A DNA stretch of 64,000 nt from the human T2T-CHM13v2.0 reference genome, Homo sapiens. The DNA is taken from the NCBI RefSeq assembly GCF_009914755.1, contig NC_060934.1; one strand, given 5' to 3'. Every line of letters begins with the position of its first letter. Within the stretch, counting starts at the first letter, position 1. Positions 40,600 through 58,079 of the stretch are shown piece by piece. The notes under the pieces were generated by a model, which was not told the DNA's origin, searched no databases, and was given only the letters and a program-made list of their open reading frames with translations. The translations under genes were made by a program, and so were the position numbers.

Positions 40600-41360
40600 C
40601 AGTTTATATTCTCTGTATTGATGGTGTTATAAATTCTTATTAGCTTCAGTTACTATCCACTTAGATGTCTCAAGGCCACTTGTATTTCCTATTGTTGCTG
40701 TAATAAATTACCACAACCTTAGTGGCTTAAACCAATACAAGGTGATTATCTTAGAATTATAGAGGTCAGAAGTCCAAAACAGATCTCACTGGGCTAAAAT
40801 TAGAAAGTTGACAGAGCTGCGTTCCTTCTAGAAGCCCTGGGGGAGGTTCATTTCCTTGTCTTTCTCCAGCTTTTGGAGGCCACCTGCATCCCTTGGCTTG
40901 TGGCTCCTTCCTCCATTTTTAAAGCCAGCAGCAAAGCACCTGATTCTTCTGCCTTTCTCTTCCATCTTTTTAAGAACTCTTGTGATTGCATTGAGCCTAC
41001 TCAGAGAACGCAGGATAATCTTATTTTTAGGCCAGCTGCTTAGCAATCTTACTTCCATCTGCAACCTTTATTCTCCCTCAACATGTAACCTAACATATTC
41101 ATAGACTCCAGGGATTATGATGGAGGGGCCGTTATTCTGCCTACCACATGGCTTAAACTCCACATATCCAACACAGAATTCCATCACCCCACCCTAAACT
41201 TAGTCTTCCTCTAGTGTTCTGTGTCTTAATAAATGGTTCCTCTATCAGTTGAAGAAATAGATGTCTCCGAGTTGTTATTGTTGATTCTATCTTTGTCTTC
41301 CTCGCTTTCTAGATATAATCTATCATGAACTTTTATGGATTCTGCTGCCAAGGTAGATTT
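40600..41360 (+). mobile_element. L2 LINE fragment interrupted by an MLT1 LTR
   Basis: tccacttagatgtctcaaggc...aaactccacatatccaacacagaattc...cttcctctagtgttc...taaatgg. Confidence 0.6.
40681..41148 (-). mobile_element. MaLR solo LTR (MLT1C/D-like)
   Basis: ttcctattgttgctgtaataaattaccacaaccttagtggcttaaa...gaggtcagaagtccaaaa...ttattctgcctaccaca. Confidence 0.88.
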
Positions 41361-41364
41361 CTTA

Positions 41365-41718
41365 AAATTTTTTTTTATTTCAATAGGTTTTTGGGGAACC
41401 TTGGTGACATTTGGTTATATGGATAAATTCTTCAGTGGTGATTTCTGAGATCTTGGTGTACCCATCACCCAAGCAGTGTGCAGTCTTTTATCCCTCATCC
41501 CCCTCCCACCCTTCCCCTCGAGTCCCCAAAGTCCATTATAACATTCTTGTGCCTTTGCGTCCTCATAGCTTAGCTCCCACTTATAAGTGAGAACATAACG
41601 ATGTTTGTTTTTTTCCATTCTTGAGTTACTTTACTTAGAACTGTGGTCTCTAATTCCATCTAGGTTGCTGCTAATGCCATTCTTTCTTCCTTTTTTATGG
41701 CTGAGTAGTATTCTCTCT

Positions 41719-41760
<42 letters not shown>

Positions 41761-42022
41761 ATACACACACATACCACATTTTCTTTATCCACTCATTGAT
41801 TGATGGGCATTTGAGCTGATTCCATATTTTTGTAGTTGCAAATTGTGCTGTTATAAACATGTGTGTGAAAGGTCTTTTTCGTATTATATAATGACTTCTT
41901 TTCCTCTGGGTAGATGCCCAGTAGTGGGATTGCTGGATCAAATTGTAGATCTACTTTTAGATCTTAAGGAATCTCCACACTGTTTTCTACAGTGGTAGTA
42001 CTAGTTTATACTCCCACCAACA
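41365..42022 (-). mobile_element. L1PB-type LINE-1 3' end with an internal (CT)(GT)n tract at 41713-41758
   Basis: ttatttcaataggtttttggggaac...gtggtgatttctgagatcttggtgtacccatcacccaagcagtg. Confidence 0.88.
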
Positions 42023-42098
42023 GGATGGCCTTAAGTCATCCTCCTGCCTTGGCCTCCCAAAGCTCTGGAATTATAGGCATGAGCCACTGCACCTGGCC
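42023..42098 (-). mobile_element. Alu 5' fragment (about 75 bp)
   Basis: atcctcctgccttggcctcccaaagctctggaattataggcatgagccactgcacctggcc. Confidence 0.85.
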
Positions 42099-42184
42099 AC
42101 TTTTTCTTCATAGCTATTGTTATGGTTTGTAATTGTAACTGTTTTGTTGAGTAGTTAAGTATCTCTACTCTGAATGTAAACATG

Positions 42185-42187
<3 letters not shown>

Positions 42188-42225
<38 letters not shown>
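42188..42225. repeat. (CA)n microsatellite
   Basis: About 19 uninterrupted units. Confidence 0.95.
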
Positions 42226-42230
<5 letters not shown>

Positions 42231-42785
42231 TCAGTATTTTTTCTCACCTGCGCTATGTTGACATTCCCATTTCTGTGAGGTAGAATGTAGCATATTTCTT
42301 AATGATATCTCAACCAGATTTTATAGCTTTCCTTTATCGTTTCAGCATTTAAGACTCAATCCTCTTTATTTTACACCTTCTGTCTTCAAATTGGGGAAGG
42401 GAAGAAATGACCTCTCCCATGAATTCTGTTGTCCTCCAAAGGTAACCATACCCTGTGTTCTGAGCCCCCTTTTTGGACTGACTGAGGTTTGGGTGAAATG
42501 ATGGTTGGTGGAATTAGGGCCGGTTCTGGTGCCTCCTACTAAACTCTGGGAGGAGGTGACTTCGGCAATATCTGGTGCGCTCCTCTGACTGCTCTGTGAA
42601 TGTATATTGTGATGTGCTTAGGTCTGGGCCTTTGCTATAATTTCAGGATATGAGGATCATGGCTGGGATGCTATTACATAATTTGTTTTTGTGATTGTCA
42701 GAGAATTTTCCTTTTCCTCATTACACAGAAAGGTTCGTGAGTACAATAATGTATATCTATCTTTTCCCTTCATTTGTTTCTCAGT

Positions 42786-42900
42786 GGAGTGTGACTAGCT
42801 GTTCCAGTTTGTCCAACACTGAAGGGGTTTCCAAAGACATGGGACTTTTAATGCTGAAACTAGGAAACACCTGGGTAAATTGGGATGAGTTCATTAGTGT
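42786..42900 (+). mobile_element. MER94-like hAT-Blackjack MITE
   Basis: gtgactagctgttccagtttgtcc...actgaaggggtttcc...atgggacttttaatgctgaaact. Confidence 0.6.
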
Positions 42901-44321
42901 ATTGCAGTGCCTTTTTTTTTTTTCTTAGCACAATGACAGTGACTGACAAAATGGTTATACAACATTTTTTGAAAAAACATGAGTGCGGAAGAGTTTTACA
43001 AAGACTAACCAGTCAAGTTATAAATGATTATAACCAATATTAATGATTGTGTATTTTTGTTTTACTTCATTAATAAAAATTTAGCATAAATAAAATTAGT
43101 CATTGTGCAGCCTCAGCTGTTTAGTGATTAATTTCCTTCACTTTAGGTTTCTAATTTACAATTATACCTGGCAAGTGGTAGGGAGTTGTACAGGTAGAGT
43201 ATGAAAAGCAGAATTCAGTTGACTTAATGCTTTGTGAACCGGATCAATAATTTATTTGTAGTGTTGAATAAGACTAACATATTTAGGTAGCATTTCAGTA
43301 TTGCTATTTTTTTCCCTTTTATTTTGAAAAGTTGTTTACTTTGGCAAGCAAGGCTTAGGTAGTCTGTGTGGTCTGTTCCTGTCCAACTGTGACACAAATC
43401 TTTGTGTGGCCATTGTCAAGTCACTTTTAAAAATCAGGTATGATTCAGTTGGTTGGTGCTGGTCACTTTTGAACAGTTCCTAAGGACGGGTGCTATCATT
43501 AGAAGATCCAATGATGAATGGGCCTCAACTCACAGTAAGTTTATACTTAAGGAAGTGATTTATACTATTTTCTGAATATGGTGATACAAATTAGGGTAAA
43601 AAAGATCAATGCTTATATTTTGATAAATTGAGAACTATTTTCTTTCTAGTTTCCCCTCCTATTTTTCTTTTTCCGTGATTGCAGTCTTCGGCATATGTGT
43701 GTCATACACCTCACAGGGGACCAGTGGATCTCATTGTGCATTCTCCCTCCTCCCCCAGAAAAACCTTATACTTCCCCTTTTCTTTAATAAGAAAGCACTG
43801 TGGTGAAGTGTGCTTTATGTTTTTTAGTGGAGTAATCAGAAAATGGATTATCTCAGATATGGACTTGTGAATTTGGTATAATTTCTTAATAATTATTAAG
43901 TTCATTTAATTGTAACAACTTCATATATTGTAGTGTAGGTATTATTCTCCCAATGTGTGACAGATGATGACGTACCTTCAGAGAGGTGGCCAAGGTAGAT
44001 TGTGGTTGTATGTTAGCAGAAGTAGCACTTTTATTCTGAAAGGTAGGGGCTGGTATTCTACACATAAAATACACAGTATGTTAGTAGCCACATGAGTAGC
44101 TAATACTCATTTTAAGTGTTTTCCTCCAGCTAAACTTTATCAATTAAGAGACACTCTCACCTTATTATTTACAATTTTCTACACTGGAAAGTGATAGTTT
44201 ATACATGCCAGTAGTAGAAAAAAATGTAAGCATTTGTAGTTTCCTTCGTGAGGACTAAATCCATTCTAAGCAGAATCCTAAAAATGTGACTTCCTTCTTT
44301 GATTCTTTTGTTTCTTAACCC

Positions 44322-44595
44322 ATTTATTCATCCATCCATCCATCCATCCAGTATTATTATTATATGTCTGCTACATTTCAGATATTGTCAAAGATTGAGG
44401 GATTGGTGGGTCAAAGAAATGAGGTGATTAAGACCCAATCCCTGTTTTATATGAAGTCAAGCTCTACAAGTTGCATGTTCTTGGTAATCTCTTACTGACT
44501 ACCAATTGACTTTCTAAATATTTGCTGAGTACTTTCTCCGTGTCAGGCACTGCTGTTAACAGTGGAATACAAAGTGAATAAGATTCATGCAGAGT
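44322..44595 (-). mobile_element. Two L2 LINE 3' end fragments
   Basis: attcatccatccatcc tail; aaatatttgctgagtact...tgtcaggcactg...atacaaagtgaataaga. Confidence 0.6.
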
Positions 44596-44599
44596 ACTT

Positions 44600-44765
44600 C
44601 CTGTAATACCAGCTACTCGGGTGGCTGAGGCACGAGAATCACTTGAACCGGGGTTGGGGGCGGGGGGGCGCGGAGGTTGCAGTGAGCGGAGATTGTGCCA
44701 CTACCCTCCAGCCTGGGCAACAGAGAGAGACTCACTCTCTCTCAAAAAAAAAAAAACAAAAAAAA
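44600..44765 (+). mobile_element. 5'-truncated Alu (right monomer) with a G-rich expansion
   Basis: ctgtaataccagctactcgggtggctgaggcacgagaatcacttgaacc...gcctgggcaacagag plus A tail; degenerate TSD tcatgcagagt / tcatacagagt. Confidence 0.9.
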
Positions 44766-45170
44766 CCTCATACAGAGTTCCTATGTTCACATATACATAC
44801 CCACACACACTATATCCACAGACATGCATACTACAGACTACATACATATACATGCAAATGAATATATGTATACATAGGCAGAAAGCATGCAGTTACATTC
44901 CCATAAACATATGGATATCATCTGGAAATATGTATGTTTATGTGTCTGCAAGTGCGTGTAAATCAATGAGCTCATTGAACTGAGGGTGATTTCAGGAATC
45001 AGGCATCAACCAATATTATGAACTTGTAGCCAGGTTCTTCTCTGGCCTCGTTTGCCCATTTGTTCTCTATGGGAGAGACACAGGGATTAGTTAGCCTGCT
45101 GACAGCTATGGGTTTTGTGTGTCCTGTGCTGAGGATAAGAATGTTCTTTACTGTGGGTGGCCTAATTAAA

Positions 45171-45280
45171 GCCTCATGAATATTGAGTGCCACGTATGTC
45201 TCATATATAATTTGTGCAGCATGAATATTTAGTGCCTCAGGTGCCTCATGCATATTTAGTGCCTCATGAATTTTAGAAGC
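45171..45280. repeat. Diverged 18-bp (9-bp sub-period) tandem array gtgcctcatgaatattta
   Basis: gcctcatgaatattgagt, gcagcatgaatatttagt, gcctcaggt, gcctcatgcatatttagt, gcctcatgaattttaga. Confidence 0.85.
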
Positions 45281-46957
45281 TTCTTGGTCCTTCCGTCTTC
45301 TTCTGTGTTCATGCATACGTGTTCTGCTTGCTTTACCTAATAGGTTTCATTACTTATCTATGCTTAACACATTTTATGAGCTTCATCTATCCCATGTATT
45401 TTCCTGTCTTATTGATCATAGTTTCTTGTCCTATTAAGCAGAATTGAATTTTCTCCAGCACTATAGCAAATTTACATTACATCTGTCCATTTGGAAAGCC
45501 TATGGCCCAGATGCTTTATGGAAAAGAAAGCTATTTTTAATATTCAGAATTTCAAGTCAGTACATACACTTACAGATATTTTCCAGTGTAGGACTTTTCG
45601 TAAAATCTTTAGCATAATAAAGCTCAAAATTGATTTAACAATCTAGAAAAAGTATTCTTGAGGAATTCATTCATGCTAGTTTATGGTTTTGCTTAAAGCT
45701 TGTGGTTGGAGATGGTAAGGAAGGAGAAGGTAATATTCCTTACTGGCTTGGGGGTTTTGAACTTTAACTGGCCAGCTTTAGCCCTCTATGTTGTAAACAT
45801 TTTTGATGTAGTTACAATTCAAAGTTATGGCATATGGAAATGTTCTATTGTAGGATAAAGTGGCGGAGTAGTATAAATAGGGTTTGGCTGGCTAAAAAGC
45901 TCCATTTATTCTGACTTTGAGTCAGTTACCCATTAAGCTTATGGGTTTCGAGTAACCTAGGGGTGTGTTTAAGGTTAGTAGTAATTGACAGGGTTGTTTG
46001 TATTTTCTGTGTATTGTGGGAGGAAGTTCATTCCATTTCATGATTAATGGTCAGGAAGGGACTTCTAGGATTTGGTGTTTCATCTTCCACCATTGAAGAG
46101 GATCTCATTTAGATTGTTGAAGAAGATATCTTTGAACAGACACATCAGCCATCCTGCATATATTTAGGGAAGTGGTACACAAAGTGGTTCATGTACAGAA
46201 ATGCTTTTCCATTGTGATTGACACCAAAATAAACTTGCTGAAATTGAAGAATCATAAAAAATATATGCTCTATGTATCTTATTCCCTTCAAATATTAGTA
46301 TGTATTTATTCATGACCCCTGCCCCTTTTATTTACAGGGACAAGGCCTTTTCTGAATATGAGAGGCTGACTAGAAATATGTATTTTGTGATTATTTATTT
46401 GACAAACACATTTGGGGACAAACACAGTTGAACCTTGGTAAGTAGATGATACATCTGGTGGTGGGAGCAGAGGTGCTGGCGGGTGCATGGGTGTATCTTG
46501 TTAAACCGAGTATTTGGGGTCCTCATATGCATCAGTCACTTTGTTTTACAGGAAGGGAGAGTGGCAGTGATGTGAAGGTTGAAACTGTGTTAGAGCTGCT
46601 TCTGCATTTCATACTTTCATTCTTTTTTGTCTACCTTGAATTCCAGCTTAGATCTCTACTGCATGCCAGTGATGGAGAGGGAAGAAAGGCATTTCTTGTA
46701 TTGGAGGCTCTTGTTTGTGGCATTCTGGAGCCATTTAAACAGGCAGGGGCTGGCAGCCTGAGGACTGTTCTCTAGTGGATCCAGCTCCAGAGGGTGCTGT
46801 GCACACGATGTCACAGGTACCATGTGGCTTTAAGGTAGTAAAAACGCATCCCTATGTTGCTTTGAGTATACAAAAATAGTTAACATCCAATATCGAGTGC
46901 CAGGCCCCAGGCTAAGCACACTGCGTGAAGGAGCACATTTGATTTTCATGGCATTGG

Positions 46958-47449
46958 ATGGCATAGCAGACTTGGCCACACCTCTTGCGACTCACCATCC
47001 TGTGTCAGGATGGCTACTGCAAGCACCAGGTAGAGTGACCAGCTGTCTCCCTTTGCCCTGATCTCAGGGTTGTCCAGAGAGTCTGAGTTTTTAGTGCTAA
47101 AAGGAGGGTGAGTTGGTCACCCTAGTCCCTGTGACTGCTGTCCAAGGACACCGGCAGCCAAGGAACCTCTCTCACAGTGGATGCTGCCCTCTACCGGTGA
47201 CACCGGTGACGGTGATTGGTGGGTGAATACCATCTCTGCAGTCTCCGAGAGTTCCCCTGCAGAATTCGTCCTGTGGCCCACAGAGAGAACCCACTCACAC
47301 GCTCATCCATGTAGGATTCCCTCTTTGCTCTTTTGCATTTCACTTTCTCACCTCCCTACCAGCGCCTCCGGGGATCACCTTCTGCATAAATGACTTTCAC
47401 TCAGGTACTTGTCACAGGGTCAGCTTCTGGGGGAATCCAGTCTAAAACA
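46958..47449 (+). mobile_element. ERVL solo LTR (LTR16-like) containing a MER94-like insertion
   Basis: 3' end cctccgggatcaccttctgcataaatgacttt...cagggtcagcttctgggggaatccagtctaaaaca. Confidence 0.7.
47031..47124. mobile_element. MER94-like hAT-Blackjack MITE
   Basis: TIRs tagagtgaccagct / agttggtcacccta. Confidence 0.7.
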
Positions 47450-47584
47450 CATGGGTAGAACTGCTTTACTACCATTTCACATAAGAGGAAACTGAGGTGT
47501 GGGGAGGTTAAATAATTTTGCTCAAAATTGTACAGCTGGCACACAGAGCTAATAATTCTTAGTTATTAAGTTATACAGCTTTAC

Positions 47585-47897
47585 TTTTTTTTTTTTTAGT
47601 TTTTAATTTTTTGAGACAAGATCTCACTTTGTCACTCAAGCTGGAGTGCAGTGGTGCAGTCATGGCTCACTGCAACCTTGAATGCCTGGGGTCAAGCTAT
47701 TCTCTTGCCCCAGCCTCCCAAGTAGCAGGGACTAGACGTGCATGCCACCATGCCTGCTGATTTTGTTCTTTAATTTTTGGTAGAGACAAGGTCTCGCTAT
47801 GTTGTCCAGGCCAGTCTTGAACTCCTGGTCTCAAGTGATCTTCATGCCTCGGCTCCCAAAACAATAGGATTACAGGCATGAGCCACTGTGCCCAGCC
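47585..47897 (-). mobile_element. Alu SINE (AluJ-like) inserted in the tail of a FAM
   Basis: Full reverse Alu ending gagccactgtgcccagcc. Confidence 0.92.
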
Positions 47898-48092
47898 ATT
47901 ACAAATTTTTTAAATTATTATTATTATTTTTTTTAGTGATGGGGTCTCATTATGTAGCCCAGGTTGGAGTGCAGTGGCTATTCATAGGCATGGTCATAGT
48001 GCACTGCAGCCTTGAACTCGTGGCCTCAAGCGATCGTCCTGCCTCAGCCTCCCGAGTAGCTAGGACCATATATGCACACCCCTTTGCCTGGC
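47898..48092 (-). mobile_element. FAM (fossil Alu monomer, 7SL-derived)
   Basis: gagtgcagtggctattcataggc is the 7SL/FAM-type segment; TSD ttaagttatacagcttt at 47566-47582 and 48093-48109 brackets FAM plus AluJ. Confidence 0.8.
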
Positions 48093-49451
48093 TTAAGTTA
48101 TACAGCTTTTGTTCCTATCCTCACCCATGTGTATTTATTTCCAGGAAATCTACAATTTCATTTATTCATATGGGATTAACAATAAGCTATCATCAGTCCA
48201 GTGGGGTTATGAATGGTATGTTATTATTCTATCTCTACTAAATTCATTGAGCATGGAGCAGAAGTCTTGATTTTAATGGACTTAGGGGAGTTTGATGGGA
48301 CTGTTTTTATGAAGGAGAAATTTGTCTTTTATACATAAGTTGCCAAAACCAGTGCTGTTGCTGACTAAGGACTAAGTGCCTATCCCTTGCCTAGCTATGC
48401 GCAGTCTGGCCTTGACTGGAAGCAGGAATCGTGACATCTCTGACCAGATTGGATGTAAACTGCCTGCTTGTGCTAAGGAGTTGTGTCTGCTGGTTCTTGG
48501 CTCCCATCCTAGAGTTCTCTATGAAATGACTCATTATAAGGAAGTCTATTAAAAACAAATCTCTCCCCATTTTAGAGTATCTCTTAAAATTTCTTCTTAA
48601 TAAGAGAATTTTGGTGCTTTCAGTTCCAGTTAGTGCCAAGAAATTTGAAGTGTGTATTGAAGAAGGCTATGATAATTACAGTACTTGAATTTCTTGTAAA
48701 GATAGATGCTTTGGGAAGTGAGTGTATTTCCCTTTTATTTGAAAGACAGAAGCTTGGAAATTCTACCAGACTTAAAAAAAAATTTTTCTCTCACTGCAAA
48801 TCCACAGCCTAATGGAAAGTGCTCCAAGTTTCTCTAGTGAAAGTGGCTTCACTTACCTCAGCATTTAAGATCCTTCCCCATTGTTGTAGTTTTATAGGTA
48901 TTTTAGATTATCTATTTAAAAAGGCAGCTGCCTGTCAAATGATCCACATAAATAAAATAAGATTGTGCAGAAGTGTAGAATATAACCACATGCCAATCCT
49001 TAGGAAACAGTGGGAAATGTTTTACTTTAAAAATGTAGGGTTTTGCTTTTACAAAACTGATCTTTGACCACCGGTTCTCTCAGGCTTTGCCTTTTCTAGT
49101 TCAATGATCTTTTCTACTAGTTCCCCCCTCCCTTCCCTCAAAGGCCTGAATAGACACTTCCCAGTTTGGGAAATAGACCTTCATTAGTTACACCTGGCTC
49201 AGCATTTTTTTTTCTTTTCTGCACATCTGCTTAGCATCATGTATTTGAAGGTGCCACATACATGTTTGCTAACGTTGCTTTAGATGCTGTTGAGTCATAA
49301 GAAGATAAGCAGTGCTAGGGAGGATTCAGTCCAGCTTGATATTCTTCTCCACAAGTGTGACTTGGGTAGGGAAAGGGGGACACTTTCTTTGGTCAAGACG
49401 GAAAAACAGATTCATGTTACCTGTCATTAGCATAGTAAAAACTATGGGAAA

Positions 49452-49777
49452 TGTCTTAGTCCATTCCGGCTGCTATAACAAAATACCATCAACTGGGTGG
49501 TCTATAATGAACAAAAATTCCCACTTCTGGAGGCTGGGAAGTCAAAGATCAAGCGTCTGGCCTTCAAAGATGTGCCTTCTCTGTAACCTCACATGATGGA
49601 AGGGGCAAAGGACCTCTCTAGGTTCTCTTTTATAAGGGCACTAATCCCACTCTTGAATGCTTCCTCACATGACCTAACCACCTCCTGAAGACCCCACCTA
49701 TTGATAAGTATCATTACCTTGGGAGTTAGGTTTTCAACATATGAATTTTGGGAGATACAGGCATTCAGACCACAGTG
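49452..49777 (-). mobile_element. MaLR solo LTR (MLT1A-like)
   Basis: tgtcttagtccatt...gctgctataacaaaatacca...ttctggaggctgggaagtc...tttcaacatatgaattttggg...cattcagaccacag. Confidence 0.88.
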
Positions 49778-50553
49778 GAAAATTAAGCTTAACTGATGGG
49801 GAGATTTAGGAGATGCAGTGAGAGAGCTTTGTTGTGCTGTGTGCTCTGTGCTCTCAATATTATGATTTTAGGAAGGCCATTGCCTTCTCAAGAGTTTAGG
49901 TATGTGCTGCAAGCACTCAGCTTTTTATAATTTACATCCTTCCTCTACGGATGGTTGAATGAATGAATTGCTCTGAATTCTTGTACCTATTTCTATTTCT
50001 GGCCTGTGCAATTGAGTTTAATGTTCGCTAACCACATATAAAGTTGTGCTTAGCAATGTTTCTCAAGTGGTGTTGTTTATTGTTTTTCTAGATTATATAG
50101 AGTAATACAGAATATACTTTCCAGAATATGACACATCTTTGTATTCTCTCCATACCTTTTATAATTTTATAAATGTGATTTTATAATGTTTTTAACTTAT
50201 CCTTGCTGCAATGAAAATTTCCACAACAAAGTTTATTAGAGGAAAAACATACATTTTACTTACTGTATTAATTACCCTTATTTGAAGACGGTTTTTTGTT
50301 ATGTGTTGTGATGAGAAATAACAAGCAGTATTCCCTGTATAGCCGAGTATTACTTTTGGCTAAAGTTAGGATAATGTTCTTTGCCCTATTTTGTCATTGC
50401 CCATTTTTTCTTCTTGTTAGGGAGGCAGAGGTGGTGGTGGAGACAACTGGGAACAGCTAGAACTGAGTTAATATCTTTAGAGAATAGTCTGCTATGACAT
50501 TGTTTTTGTTTCCCTCTATAAACCCTTCAAATAATTTTTAAGAAATTCCTCTG

Positions 50554-51067
<514 letters not shown>

Positions 51068-51883
51068 TTACCCTGACAGAGCCCAGCACACTAAGATCCA
51101 CTGGCTTGAAATTCTCGCTGCCAGCACAACAGCAGTCTGAGATTGACTGGGACGTTCGAGCTTGGTGTGGGGAGGGGTGTCCTCAGCAATGGTCCACCAT
51201 TGCCTATGCTTGAGTAGACTGTTTTACACTCACAGTGTAAAAAAAGCCACTGGGAAGTTCGAACTGGGTGGAGCCCACTGCAGCTCAGCAAGGCTGCTGT
51301 GGCCACACTGCCAGATTTCCTTTCTCTGGGCAGGGCATCTCTGAAAAAAAGGAAGCAGCCCAGGTCAGGAACTTACAGATAAAACCCCCATCTCCCTGGA
51401 ACAGAGCACCTAGGGAAGTGGGTGGCTGTGGGCACAGCTTCAGCAGAATTAATGTCCCTGCCTGACAGTTCTGAAGAGAGCAGTGGACCTCCCAGCACAG
51501 TGTTCAAGCTCTGCTAAGGGTCAGACTGTTTCCTCAAGTGGGCCCCTGACCCCCTTGTATCCTGACTGGGAGACACCTCCCAGTAGGGGCCGACAGACAC
51601 CTTATATAGGAGAGCTCTGGTTGGCATCTGGCAGGTGCCCCTCTGGGACGAAGCTTCCAGAGGAAAGATCAAGCAGCAATCTTTGCTGTTCTGCAGCCTC
51701 CCCTGGTAATACCCAGGCAAACAGGGTCGGGAGTGGACCTCCAGAAAACTCCAGCAGACTGGCAGCAGAGGGGTCTGACTGTCAGAAGGAAAACTAACAA
51801 ACGGAAAGAAATAGCACATCCACTCAAAGACCCCATCCGAAGGTCACCAACACCAAACACCAAAGGTAGATAAATCCACAAAG

Positions 51884-52908
51884 ATGGGTAGAAACCAGCG
51901 CAAAAATGCTAAAAATTCCAAAAACCAGAACGCCTCTTCTCCTCCAAAGGATCACAACTCCTTGCCAGCAAGGGAACAAAACTGGACGGAGAATGAGTTT
52001 GACAAATTGACAGACGTAGGCTTCAGAAGGTGGGTAGTAACAGACTCCTCCAAGCTAAAGGAGCATGTTCTAACCCAATGCAGGGAAGCTAAGAACCTTT
52101 AAAAAAGGTGAGACGAATTGCTAACTAGAATAACCAGGGTAGAGAAGAACATAAATGACCTGCTGGAGCTGAAAAACACAGCACAAGAACTTCATGAAGC
52201 ATACACAAGTATCAGTAGCCGAATCCATCAAGCAGAAGAAAGGATATCAGTGATTGAAGATCAACTTAATGAAATAAAAAGAGGAGACAAGATTAGAGAA
52301 AAAAGGATAAAAAGGAATGAACAAATCCTCCAGGAAGTACAGGACTGTGTGAAAAGACTAAATCTACATTTGATTGGTGTACCTGAAAGTGACGAGGAGA
52401 ATGGAACCAAGTTGGAAAGCACTTTTCAGGATATTATCCAGGAGAACTTCCCCAACCTAGTAAGACAGGTCGACATTCAAATTCAGGAAATACAGAGAAC
52501 ACCATAAAGATACTCCTTGAGAAGAGCAACCCTAAGACACATAATTTTGAGATTCTCCAAGTTGAAATGAGGGAAAAAATATTAAGGGCAGCCAGAGAGA
52601 AAGGTCAGGCTACCAACAAAGGGAAGCCCATCAGACTAACAGCGGATCTCTCCGTAGAAACCCTACAAGCCAGAAGAGGGTAGGGGCCAATATTCAACAT
52701 TCTTAAAGAAAAGAATTTTCAACCCAAAATTTCATATCCAGCCAAACTAAGCCTCATAAGTGAAGGAGAAATAAAATCCTTTATAAACAAGCAAATGCTG
52801 AGAGATTTTGTCACCACTAGGCCTGCCTTACAAGAACTCCTGAAGGAAGCACTAAAAATGGAAAGGAACAACTGGTACCAGCCACTGCAAAAACATATGA
52901 AATTGTAA
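51884..52908 (+). pseudogene. Disrupted L1 ORF1p
   Basis: MGRNQRKNAKNSKNQNASSPPKDHNS...; ...LHLIGVPESDEENGTKLESTFQDIIQENFPNL; broken by stops and frameshifts. Confidence 0.92.
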
Positions 52909-52971
52909 AGACCATCGACAACATAAAGAAACTGCATCAACTAATGAGCAAAACAACCAGCTAGCATCATA

Positions 52972-57569
<4,598 letters not shown>

Positions 57570-58053
57570 ACAGTGAGAACACATGGACATAGGGAGGGGA
57601 ACATCACACACTGCGGCTTGTCAGTGGGTGAAGGGCTAGAGGAGGGATAACATTAGGAGAAATACCTAATGTAGGTGATGGGTTGTTGGGTGCAGCAAAC
57701 CACCATGGCATGTGTATACCTATGTAACAAAACTGCACGTTCTGCACATGTACCCCAGAACTTAAAGCATATTAATAAAAAAAATTCCTCTGAATTTTCT
57801 TTTACTTGTCCTCTTTCTCTCTCCTTAATCCTACCCAGAAAGGGGTTGGGGACAGTACCAGATCAGTGTGGATTACCTGTTCAAGGCACATCTCTATGAA
57901 AAAATTCTGAGACCAGTTTTTGTCCTTTTTAAGAGTGGGAGGGTGATGTAAGAGAGAGACTTTTTTCTTATGGGATCTGATTGTCCCCCAAACATCACTC
58001 CTGCTCTGACTAACATGATTTTAATTGTCTTTCACAAAATCTAACTAAAGAGG

Positions 58054-58079
58054 GTGTGTGTGTGTGTGTGTGTGTGTGT
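58054..58079. repeat. (GT)n microsatellite
   Basis: About 13 units. Confidence 0.95.

Larger units (their letters stand above)
46870..47545 (-). mobile_element. MIR SINE split by an LTR16 insertion
   Basis: gtgccaggccccaggctaagcac (46897) and ccatttcacataagaggaaactgaggtgtggggaggttaaataattttgctcaa (47472). Confidence 0.7.

Noticed and set aside
44999-45316. 105-aa minus-strand ORF with HEALN repeats
   Set aside because: The periodicity comes from the 18/9-bp DNA array; there is no splice or homology support
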